Of a DNA stretch of 64,000 nt, positions 19,553 to 27,014 are shown piece after piece. The DNA comes from an uncultured virus (IMG/VR IMGVR_UViG_3300042350_001000) (taxonomy: Duplodnaviria > Heunggongvirae > Uroviricota > Caudoviricetes): IMG/VR virus record IMGVR_UViG_3300042350_001000. One strand, given 5' to 3'. The notes under the pieces were generated by a model. That model was not told the DNA's origin. It searched no databases and saw nothing but the letters and a program-made list of their open reading frames with translations. The translations under genes were made by a program, and so were the position numbers. Positions within the stretch are counted from its first letter, which is position 1. Each line of letters opens with the position of its first letter.

Positions 19553-20601
19553 TATCGTGTGTACATCGAAATGTTCGGAGCGAAGTAGATCGGGCTCTTG
19601 TCGCGCTCTTCCTGCTCGACGTCGTACAAGGCCTTCTCGGCGTACTTTTCAAGCAAAAGGATGCGGTTTTCCTGCACGTCAGGAAGCTCGAGGCTCATCG
19701 CATGGGCAAGCATGGCCTGAATGGCCGGGAACCAACGCTGGGGGACCTCGATGGAGTCCTTTAAGGCTCCGACATCCTCGATCTGACGCTGCCGCCAGCA
19801 GACCATTTGCACGAAGCTATTATTCGGGACCGGCCACAAGTAAACCTGGGGGTCCAACTTGCGATCGAACCAGAATTGCAGGGGCTGATTGCTTGGGAAG
19901 TTGCGGTTTGGCAGGTTCGTGTAGTCGTCCTGATTAAGCCTAGCCATCGGTATATCGGTTACCGTGGTCCCAAAGTAGACCTCGCGCATAACCAGGGTGC
20001 CTGATACGGCCCTCACGCGGTAATAGGGCACCGATACCCCAGGCTCGATCGTGAACCATGTCCACTCGTTATCCACTAAAACCGTCGATCCGGGGTTCTT
20101 GAGCGTGCTCCAAGTCGATCCGTCGGAGGAATACTCGATGATCAAGTTGACCGTCGAGGAAGTACCCGGAAGGAGACCGACCATCGTGACGTAGGTGTCC
20201 TCGGTGTACTGGATTGCGATATTGCCGCCAGCCGAGGTTTGTGTGCAAATGGTGTCGGTATTCTCATCAAAGGCATTAGCAACCGTGCCACCAGCCGAGG
20301 ACGTGTAAGAGCCCGAGGGTCTCATCGTCTTGCGGTAGAGCACATTGCGCACGTCCACGGTCCCAACAGGGAGGTCGTAGATGTACTGCAAGGCCTTCAT
20401 GCCGATGATGGTCTGCTCGACGCACCAAAACTGAATCCCGCGGTTTGCGAGGTTCGATAGCAGGTAGTAAAGGTTTTGCCTGGAGGCGTTGACCTGCTCG
20501 ACCGTCAGTGATTCGGCAAACTTACCGCTGCGACGAGCCCCATGATCGATGAGGCTTTGCGTCGTGATGACTGTTTGGCCTACCGTGCCCGATGTTGTCA
20601 T
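19552..20601 (-). CDS. Head-tail adaptor (P22 gp4-like) with inserted discoidin-like domain
   Basis: Helical N-terminus (A.R.G...LANRG), Y..LPN...P.Q.W..R..P...LWPVP C-terminus; insert NAFD...YSSDGSTW..YYRV. Confidence 0.6.
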   Translation of the reverse strand: MTTSGTVGQTVITTQSLIDHGARRSGKFAESLTVEQVNASRQNLYYLLSNLANRGIQFWCVEQTIIGMKALQYIYDLPVGTVDVRNVLYRKTMRPSGSYTSSAGGTVANAFDENTDTICTQTSAGGNIAIQYTEDTYVTMVGLLPGTSSTVNLIIEYSSDGSTWSTLKNPGSTVLVDNEWTWFTIEPGVSVPYYRVRAVSGTLVMREVYFGTTVTDIPMARLNQDDYTNLPNRNFPSNQPLQFWFDRKLDPQVYLWPVPNNSFVQMVCWRQRQIEDVGALKDSIEVPQRWFPAIQAMLAHAMSLELPDVQENRILLLEKYAEKALYDVEQEERDKSPIYFAPNISMYTR

Positions 20602-20610
20602 CGCTACCCC

Positions 20611-21009
20611 TTAGCATTTCCAGCGCCGTAGGGACGCTTTGGCGCGTTCAGCAGGTCCCTTGGCATTATCCACTACCCCTTGCATCCTGGCGCAAAAGGA
20701 GCGCTTTCTAGCGCCTCCTTCGGGCTGTGGAGCCTTCAGGTTTGATCCTGTTTCTCGGTTGTATTTCGCTCTACCCTTGGCGGTAAGACCCGCTCCTTGA
20801 GAGACTGGAAGCTTTTCGCCACGGCCGACCGCAAGGCTCGGACCGCCCTCTTTAAGGCGCTCAGGAAGTTTTGCATAGGACTTTCCCCCGACGTTGGATT
20901 TGGTGTACTCAGACCCTACGCTCGGCTTGATACCGACCTTCTTGGCGAACGAGGGGTTATGGGCCACCGCCTGCATCAGACGGAACTGCTCTTTCGATTT
21001 AGCAGGCAT
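20611..21009 (-). CDS. Basic virion protein
   Basis: Lys/Arg-rich; GLTAKGRAKYN...RKRSFCARM...SLRRWKC; contains LKEGG. Confidence 0.55.
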   Translation of the reverse strand: MPAKSKEQFRLMQAVAHNPSFAKKVGIKPSVGSEYTKSNVGGKSYAKLPERLKEGGPSLAVGRGEKLPVSQGAGLTAKGRAKYNRETGSNLKAPQPEGGARKRSFCARMQGVVDNAKGPAERAKASLRRWKC

Positions 21010-21594
21010 TTAGGCCACCTGCCCCATAGTAGCGATAACGGAGGGGATCGCCGGATAAGCAGGCGATACGCTTGCGGGAAGGTTTTCCATCGTCAAGGTT
21101 GCGACGGTTGGAAGCCATACAATTTGAACGTACTGGGCCGCGGTAAGCGACAGGAAAATATTCCAGGCCGCGACCCCATAACCAAATATGCTTGCAGACT
21201 TGCGTGCGGGTATCGTCATCTGGGTTGCCGAGTTGGCGAGATCAACGCCATCAACCCGAAACCAGATCGTGACGTCCTCTTGCGTATTTTCGACGTTCTT
21301 AAACTGCGCACTGAATTGCAGGTTATAAATCCCGGTGTTGGGAACAGTAATCCTGCTGCTGCTTGCGACCGTAACGCCGTCTGCAACATCCACGGAATTG
21401 AACGTCATGGCCGTACCTGCGCTAATACTTCCAGTTTGGTCGACGTTGCTGCTAAAGGCACCATAAGCTGCGTCAAAAGCACGAAGGGTTGATAGCGTTG
21501 CCTTGACGTTCGCACCGCTCTGGACCATGGGGATAAGCTCCGCACCCGTCAGGGTAGCGGCGGTAGGCATCGCGGAAATCTTTTGATCAGCCAT
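21010..21594 (-). CDS. Head/tail fibre with KIS.[LM]P N-terminus and C1q/TNF-like domain
   Basis: MADQKISAMP N-terminus resembles 17182..19221; C-terminal domain homologous to 6050..6817. Confidence 0.55.
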   Translation of the reverse strand: MADQKISAMPTAATLTGAELIPMVQSGANVKATLSTLRAFDAAYGAFSSNVDQTGSISAGTAMTFNSVDVADGVTVASSSRITVPNTGIYNLQFSAQFKNVENTQEDVTIWFRVDGVDLANSATQMTIPARKSASIFGYGVAAWNIFLSLTAAQYVQIVWLPTVATLTMENLPASVSPAYPAIPSVIATMGQVA

Positions 21595-21833
21595 TACGAG
21601 GCCTCCAATACGATCTTGCTGTTGTCTTCTTGAAGGACGTACCCTGGGGTTGCCTCATCAAGAATGTAGAAGGTGGTTGTTGGTGCCGCACCATACATAT
21701 CGACCACGCCGTTATCGCCAACGTCCAGGCCCCAATCCGTGCCGCCAATGACGTTTTGAGCCCCTACGCCACGAGCAAACCCATCGGACGTATTGGCTTG
21801 ATCAGCAACGCCGGTGTAGCCGACGATGCCCAT
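21594..21833 (-). CDS. Small acidic virion protein
   Basis: 79 aa, C-terminal YILDE..GYVLQEDNSKIVLE; coupled to its neighbours. Confidence 0.5.
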   Translation of the reverse strand: MGIVGYTGVADQANTSDGFARGVGAQNVIGGTDWGLDVGDNGVVDMYGAAPTTTFYILDEATPGYVLQEDNSKIVLEAS

Positions 21834-22135
21834 CAGATACCTGCTTGGATGAGATTAAGCGTTGCGGTACCCGATCCCGAGTTCACCAGGACCTTAACGC
21901 CGGTTACCGGGAAAGCATAGTTGCCATCGGCATTGGCTGCCAGCGAGGCTACCGTAGGATGCGAGAACCAAGTCGTAAAGCCAATTGCCGGATCATCAAA
22001 AGTGTGCTGGACGGTATAGTTGACCGTCCCAGTTACAACGACGCCAAACCCAACATTAAACGGGCTGACGTTAGTATTCATGACCAGAGCGCTGCTTGAG
22101 CCTACTCCTGTCTTTGAAACGGATTGAACTTTCAT
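21833..22135 (-). CDS. Small beta-sandwich virion (decoration-like) protein
   Basis: 100 aa alternating beta pattern, YTVQHTFDD; structural operon. Confidence 0.5.
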   Translation of the reverse strand: MKVQSVSKTGVGSSSALVMNTNVSPFNVGFGVVVTGTVNYTVQHTFDDPAIGFTTWFSHPTVASLAANADGNYAFPVTGVKVLVNSGSGTATLNLIQAGI

Positions 22136-22146
22136 TGCAAGTCCTT

Positions 22147-22171
22147 AAAGTAAGCGGGGGCCTTAGCCCCC
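22147..22171 (-). terminator. Stem-loop, possible intrinsic terminator
   Basis: GGGGGC-TAAG-GCCCCC on the minus strand followed by GCTTACTTT, just after the 22178 stop. Confidence 0.5.
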
Positions 22172-22177
22172 ACCGTT

Positions 22178-22753
22178 TCAGCACGCGCCGCCGTAGGCCT
22201 TCTTAGCAATCCGACCGCCCTTTTTGTGGGTGTCGGCAAGCTTCGTAATGTACGGAGGTTTGGTAGCAGGCACCTTCGGGTACTTCACTGCCTTGCCGTC
22301 GTCCTGAAGTCCGCCCTTCTTGAACTTTTGGATAACGCCACCGGTCGCGTACGCCTGAATAACGCCGCCGGTTGCATAGGCTGCAACACCACCCGATTTA
22401 AGGCCTTTATGCGCCTTGGAAGCAGGCTTGTCCTCGTGGGACTTGAGTTCCTTCTTGATGCCTTTCATCTCGGCCATTTCGGCCTTGTGCATCGACTTGG
22501 ACTCAACTTCGCCGCCCTTCTTGCGCATCATTGGACCGCGCATACCGCCTTTAGGCACGGTCATCTTGGGAGCGATACCACGACGTGCTGCCATGGGGAT
22601 ACCACGCTCTGAAGGCTTTGCAGCCGCAGGCATACCCATAGCGTCGGGCATCCCGCCCATCGCTTTACGTTGCACATGGCCACCCTTCTTCAGCTTTAAC
22701 TCCACTGAAGGCTCGGTGGTCATCATTTTCACCATCGGCTTGAACTGACCCAT
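22178..22753 (-). CDS. Lys/Met-rich internal virion protein built from about 10 xxxGG motifs
   Basis: LKKGG, KAMGG, VPKGG, RKKGG, LKSGG, YATGG x2, FKKGG, HKKGG, KAYGGAC. Confidence 0.65.
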   Translation of the reverse strand: MGQFKPMVKMMTTEPSVELKLKKGGHVQRKAMGGMPDAMGMPAAAKPSERGIPMAARRGIAPKMTVPKGGMRGPMMRKKGGEVESKSMHKAEMAEMKGIKKELKSHEDKPASKAHKGLKSGGVAAYATGGVIQAYATGGVIQKFKKGGLQDDGKAVKYPKVPATKPPYITKLADTHKKGGRIAKKAYGGAC

Positions 22754-22763
22754 GATCCGCTCC

Positions 22764-23156
22764 TTATGCGAACGACTTGTAGACGATCGTCACACGGGCA
22801 GCGCCTGCACTTGCTGCTGTGCCGGTCTGGCTAAAGGTCACGGTTGCATAGTCAATATCGCTGGTACCCACGTTAGCCCAGGCGCTGTATACGCCGGTCG
22901 TAGCGACCGAAGCGCGTCCAGCAGAGCCAACCGAAGTAGCAGCAACAAACGCCGCGGCAGAGCCCGTCTTGCCAACCGTGACCGTATTGGTCGTGCCAGC
23001 ATTGAAGGCGGTCGTTACATCGATATTGACATCAATGATCTGAGCGCCTGCAGGGATCGTACCAATGGTGACAGCAGACGTGTCGGTATAAGCGATCGTT
23101 GCGGTGATCGCCGATAACTGACCTGCTGCATTGGTCACACTGTTGTTGTACGCCAT
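22764..23156 (-). CDS. Capsid decoration-like protein
   Basis: 130 aa, IPAGAQII...TAFNAGT pattern; first gene after the capsid gene; GGAG RBS. Confidence 0.5.
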   Translation of the reverse strand: MAYNNSVTNAAGQLSAITATIAYTDTSAVTIGTIPAGAQIIDVNIDVTTAFNAGTTNTVTVGKTGSAAAFVAATSVGSAGRASVATTGVYSAWANVGTSDIDYATVTFSQTGTAASAGAARVTIVYKSFA

Positions 23157-23176
23157 TTCTTTCTCCTGAAAGGAGA

Positions 23177-23190
23177 GGGGCCGTAGCCCC
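23177..23190 (-). terminator. UNCG-tetraloop hairpin after the major capsid gene
   Basis: GGGGC-TACG-GCCCC on the minus strand, weak U tract. Confidence 0.5.
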
Positions 23191-23198
23191 CCTTCGGT

Positions 23199-24113
23199 TT
23201 AGACGCCAGGAGTGCCGTACATAGCACGCGGGTCGGTCCAGCCGATGTCATAACGCTCGGTGGCCTTGTAGCGCATGGAGTCGGTTTCAAAGTCACCTTC
23301 CATGGTCTTCTCAAGGGCACGGCGCATCATCAGCTTCATACCTTCCGGAGCATCGGTCTGCACCCACCATGCGGTAGGCGAGGTCAAACGGCTGATAACC
23401 GAAGCGCCCTCGGACAGCAAGCCAATCGATTTGATCGGGTTGATGTCGTTGTTTGCGGTACCAGCACGCAAGACGCTCTTAAGCAGGACTTCTGCCTGGA
23501 ACGTGTTGCCGGGTGCTACAACAAGCTTCAGCGGGTTCAAACGGATCTTCTTGCCGTTGTTGTCAACAGCTTGACGGATCTGGATGAGCATTTGCTCGAG
23601 CGACGTTTGCGAGAGGTTCGCGGCGGTCGTAAGCAAGTTGCTGAAGGTGCCACTAACGATGGGGTGCGAAGCGGAGTTCAAGGGAACGCCATCACCACCG
23701 TTATAGCCTGCCGTAAAGGCGCGGTTGAGCACGTTGGCTGCCAAGGTCTCCTTGGTCTCGACGAGAGACTGTGCGAGGTGCTTAGCATAGACCTGACCAA
23801 TACGGATATGGTCACCGTCTTCCACGAGCACTTTGGTCAAGGCGAAGGCAAGGCCATACACCTTATAGACGTAGCGCTTGAGGAAGAGCACGCCGCCCTG
23901 CTGATATGTGACGGGAGTACCGTCAGGCATCTCAGGGGCTGCACCAAAACCGTAAAGGACCGGCTCTTCATGGTAGTTGCGGGGGATACCGTTCTGCTCA
24001 CGGAAAACGGTAGACCATTCATCGGCTCTCTGGTCGTAAATGCCGTCGAACGATTCGTTAAGGATCGGTTCGACAATCGACCGAAAGTCGGTACTGCGCA
24101 TCGGGGCTGCCAT
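23199..24113 (-). CDS. Major capsid protein (HK97 fold, Mu gpT-like family)
   Basis: 304 aa; E.....GFG.A, DGVPL.S..HP, LS.TSLE, DF.T....YKA.ERY..GW.DPR..YG motifs; follows scaffold genes. Confidence 0.85.
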   Translation of the reverse strand: MAAPMRSTDFRSIVEPILNESFDGIYDQRADEWSTVFREQNGIPRNYHEEPVLYGFGAAPEMPDGTPVTYQQGGVLFLKRYVYKVYGLAFALTKVLVEDGDHIRIGQVYAKHLAQSLVETKETLAANVLNRAFTAGYNGGDGVPLNSASHPIVSGTFSNLLTTAANLSQTSLEQMLIQIRQAVDNNGKKIRLNPLKLVVAPGNTFQAEVLLKSVLRAGTANNDINPIKSIGLLSEGASVISRLTSPTAWWVQTDAPEGMKLMMRRALEKTMEGDFETDSMRYKATERYDIGWTDPRAMYGTPGV

Positions 24114-24126
24114 GTTCTAGCCCTCC

Positions 24127-24723
24127 TTAAGCGATGGTTACAGGGTAGGCCTTAGCCGAACCCGTGTAAATGGCGCCGAACTGATGTTCAGCAATCTGCG
24201 CACGCACGATGACATAGGTGTCACCCCAAGCATTGTCGGGATAAGGTGCAATGTCGATAACGCGCATTTGTGCGGAGGCGTTTGCGGCGGCTGCAGTCGT
24301 GCTCAGCATGCAAGCAGACAGACCCGTGGTCGTGCTTCCGGCCGTCGTAGAGGCGAGGTCGTATTCCTGGCCGATCGCGGTTTGTGCGATAGTGGCGTTG
24401 GTTTGGATCTCGTACACGATAGCGGGATCGCTGTAGAAGTACGCAACGATCTCAGTACCGGAAGTGGAAGCAGGCCAGTAGTTGGAAACACGGCGACGAC
24501 CAGTGGTGTCGGTGAATTCAACGCCTGCGAAACAGCCTACAAAAGCGTCACCAGCAGCGGCAACTACGATAGCGCCGGTGCTGACGTCGATCTTGACAGG
24601 CTGACCCTTGAGGATGTTCGTCGCGTAACCCGACGTAATGCCATTGGCGATTGCTTGCGCACGGTCCAACCCAGACGGGTGGAACGCAGGCCGCATGCCA
24701 AAGGCAGCAGAGGTAGCACTCAT
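24127..24723 (-). CDS. Minor capsid / head cement protein
   Basis: FGMRP..., I..G.PV, DP...YEIQ pattern; immediately upstream of the capsid gene. Confidence 0.55.
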   Translation of the reverse strand: MSATSAAFGMRPAFHPSGLDRAQAIANGITSGYATNILKGQPVKIDVSTGAIVVAAAGDAFVGCFAGVEFTDTTGRRRVSNYWPASTSGTEIVAYFYSDPAIVYEIQTNATIAQTAIGQEYDLASTTAGSTTTGLSACMLSTTAAAANASAQMRVIDIAPYPDNAWGDTYVIVRAQIAEHQFGAIYTGSAKAYPVTIA

Positions 24724-24742
24724 TTGTCAGACTCCTGAGGTT

Positions 24743-25279
24743 TCAACCCTCGAATACCGGGGGTCGAGTTGGTTGGTCAAAATTCATCCCGTCGCCCTCA
24801 ACCATCCCAAGCCGTCTGCCGTTTGAGTCGCGTGCGCCTTGCAACTGCTCGACTTGCACCCGGATTTTTTCCTGCTCTTCCAGGGGCGCCTCGAAGTGAG
24901 CCTGCGTCATGTAGTCCTGATAAATGTCCATTGGAAGCTTGAACAAGATCATTTCATTACATGCTACAAACCCTGCAAACTCGCCTGCTTTCACTTTTAG
25001 ATGCTCAAAGCCGGGAAGATCATCAGCTTTAACAGGCTCGTAGCCCAGGCGCATCCGCTTGTGAATCGGATCATACGAATTGGTAGTCGATAGCCAACAA
25101 AGGTGGAAGCCGGGAATCTCCGGCGGCGTCGGGAGAGCCTCCTGTAGCCACTCCGACCGGAACATCTTCCGACGTTCCCCCGCAAAGGCAAAATCTGCCT
25201 CAGGTGCGTCACGCTGTCGATCCTCGGAAGCCCGAGAGCGTCGGCCAGCGTCAGAATTCTTTCTAAGCCTATCGTCCAT
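24743..25279 (-). CDS. Head-morphogenesis protein of unknown function
   Basis: LP.PP..G....W, GYEPV, L.L.K.P pattern; GGAG RBS before ATG 25279. Confidence 0.5.
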   Translation of the reverse strand: MDDRLRKNSDAGRRSRASEDRQRDAPEADFAFAGERRKMFRSEWLQEALPTPPEIPGFHLCWLSTTNSYDPIHKRMRLGYEPVKADDLPGFEHLKVKAGEFAGFVACNEMILFKLPMDIYQDYMTQAHFEAPLEEQEKIRVQVEQLQGARDSNGRRLGMVEGDGMNFDQPTRPPVFEG

Positions 25280-26252
25280 TTCCACTCCTTTGTTGTTCAC
25301 GGTCGAAATCCATGAAGCGTTTGATCATCTTCATGCGTTGTTCCTTGTTGTCCCACATTCCAGCTTCCTTGATCGCAGCCACCCGTTGGGGTGAGAGTAA
25401 AAACTCGTTGCTGCTACCCGAGGTGCTCGAACTGGACCGCTCGGAACCCGTTACAACAGAGCGTGGTCTCGGACGACTATTGCTCTTGCCTTGATTGTAA
25501 CGATGAGGAAGGTACTTTGACAAGCGTTCATCAAGCTCGTCCCAATACTCCTCGGTTGATGGGTCGTATCCCTCTTCGGCCATGGCTTTATCGATCTGAA
25601 GTGCTACTTTGGAATCGGTATCGCGGCCCTTGGGGTCGTACCACCGGTTTTTGGACATCCAATCGGACGCTAGGCGCTGCATATCGGGGTCCGGCGGCTT
25701 AATTCCCGAGGTCTCGATCTGCCTGGAGGCCTGATGCTTGAGGTTTTGCAGCGCTTCGACCTGCCGCTTGGCCTCGTACATGGCTTCCTGGGCGTTTACC
25801 ACCCCATCACCGTCGCCTGACTCGACCGCTTCTTTCAATTTCATCTGCGTCCAGCGCAACCGGACGTCAGCATCCTCGATAGCCTTGTCCACTCGAGCCA
25901 TTTCTGCCCCGGAGGTACGCTTTTCGAGGCTTGCAAGGCGTTCGGCAAGCTCCTGATTCTGCTTTTTGAGCGAGGAAATCAGGTGGTAGTTGTGGCGCTT
26001 CTCTTCTTTACCCAATTGCCGCTTAAGTTTGCGCTCTTCGCGCCTTGCGGCTCGAATTGCCTCGCGATCGGGGTCCGAAGGGTCGATGTCATCGTCTTCG
26101 TTATTGTTAACAAACCCGTTATGAACCGAAATATCCGGCTCCGGAGGGGTCTGATCGATGGGCTCAACGCTATCGGGCAGTTCAACAATGGCCGAGCCAT
26201 CGTTTGCCTCCTGGACGTTAAGCTGCATTTCTAGCTTGTCGCTTGCATTCAC
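25269..26252 (-). CDS. Scaffolding protein
   Basis: Acidic N-terminus, long coiled coil, W...N.WY, Y..ELD.RL; between portal and capsid genes. Confidence 0.65.
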   Translation of the reverse strand: MNASDKLEMQLNVQEANDGSAIVELPDSVEPIDQTPPEPDISVHNGFVNNNEDDDIDPSDPDREAIRAARREERKLKRQLGKEEKRHNYHLISSLKKQNQELAERLASLEKRTSGAEMARVDKAIEDADVRLRWTQMKLKEAVESGDGDGVVNAQEAMYEAKRQVEALQNLKHQASRQIETSGIKPPDPDMQRLASDWMSKNRWYDPKGRDTDSKVALQIDKAMAEEGYDPSTEEYWDELDERLSKYLPHRYNQGKSNSRPRPRSVVTGSERSSSSTSGSSNEFLLSPQRVAAIKEAGMWDNKEQRMKMIKRFMDFDREQQRSGNGR

Positions 26253-26268
26253 GGTTTTCTCCCAAAAC

Positions 26269-26685
26269 CTAGATGTAAATGTGCATCGTCAAGGGGTCCA
26301 TCGTGACCTTGGCGATGATTTCGTGGTCGTTGAAGATGCAAAACAGCGCCTTTTCATCGCTTCCGGGTACCGCAACCTCCCATCGATCCCCGCCCCACTT
26401 GGGAACGCGGACGAATTCGCCGACTTCGCACCATGAGCCTTCAGGCCAGGGGTCCATCGAGTCGCGTTTACGGAAAGCAAGGGGACCGATAGCGATAACC
26501 TTGGCCACTTGGCTGTTCCACTTCTCAACCTCTTTGGTCTCTTCGACCAAAACGATGCCCGAGGACGTCGTTTTCTTCTTGGGCGACTTGATCTGAACGA
26601 GCAATCGAGCGCCTAAGGGTGCTGCACCTGGGTGAACTTCAGGAAATGCTTCCCGAATCGCCGCTTCATTCGAAGCGTTAGTCAT
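26269..26685 (-). CDS. groES: Phage GroES-like co-chaperonin
   Basis: PLGARLLV, KTTSSGIVL mobile loop, VIAIGP, VGEFV, ND.EII. Confidence 0.85.
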   Translation of the reverse strand: MTNASNEAAIREAFPEVHPGAAPLGARLLVQIKSPKKKTTSSGIVLVEETKEVEKWNSQVAKVIAIGPLAFRKRDSMDPWPEGSWCEVGEFVRVPKWGGDRWEVAVPGSDEKALFCIFNDHEIIAKVTMDPLTMHIYI

Positions 26686-26860
26686 ACTGATCCTCCGTTA
26701 AAAGTTGGTCGATAGCCTTCAGAGCTTGTTCAAGCCCTCGGTATTCACCTACGAGGCGCTGATACACCTCGTAACTGTTGGCATTACCGTTCGCCAAGGA
26801 GGTTGCAATATCAGCCTGCAACCCCTTGATGATCCCGATAAGCTGCGAAAAGTCGTTCAT
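26678..26860 (-). CDS. Small helical head-region protein
   Basis: 60 aa, Y...VG...GL pattern; between portal and GroES. Confidence 0.55.
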   Translation of the reverse strand: MNDFSQLIGIIKGLQADIATSLANGNANSYEVYQRLVGEYRGLEQALKAIDQLLTEDQYD

Positions 26861-27012
26861 TTGCGCTTAAGTGCTTCCTTCTCGTAGGGGCGCAGGTTGG
26901 GCGACTCATCCTTCTTCTTGTTGGGCATAGGACGGCCGCCGTTCTTAAGCTTTTGGCCGGTCAGCTTTTCGCCCATAGCAAGACGCTTGTGCATGTTGAT
27001 TGCTTCGCTCAT
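26857..27012 (-). CDS. Small basic protein (51 aa) with LKNGG motif
   Basis: Hand-translated MSEAINMHKRLAMGEKLTGQKLKNGGRPMPNKKK...; ATGA-coupled to the next gene; GGAG upstream. Confidence 0.55.
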   Translation of the reverse strand: MSEAINMHKRLAMGEKLTGQKLKNGGRPMPNKKKDESPNLRPYEKEALKRK

Positions 27013-27014
27013 TT

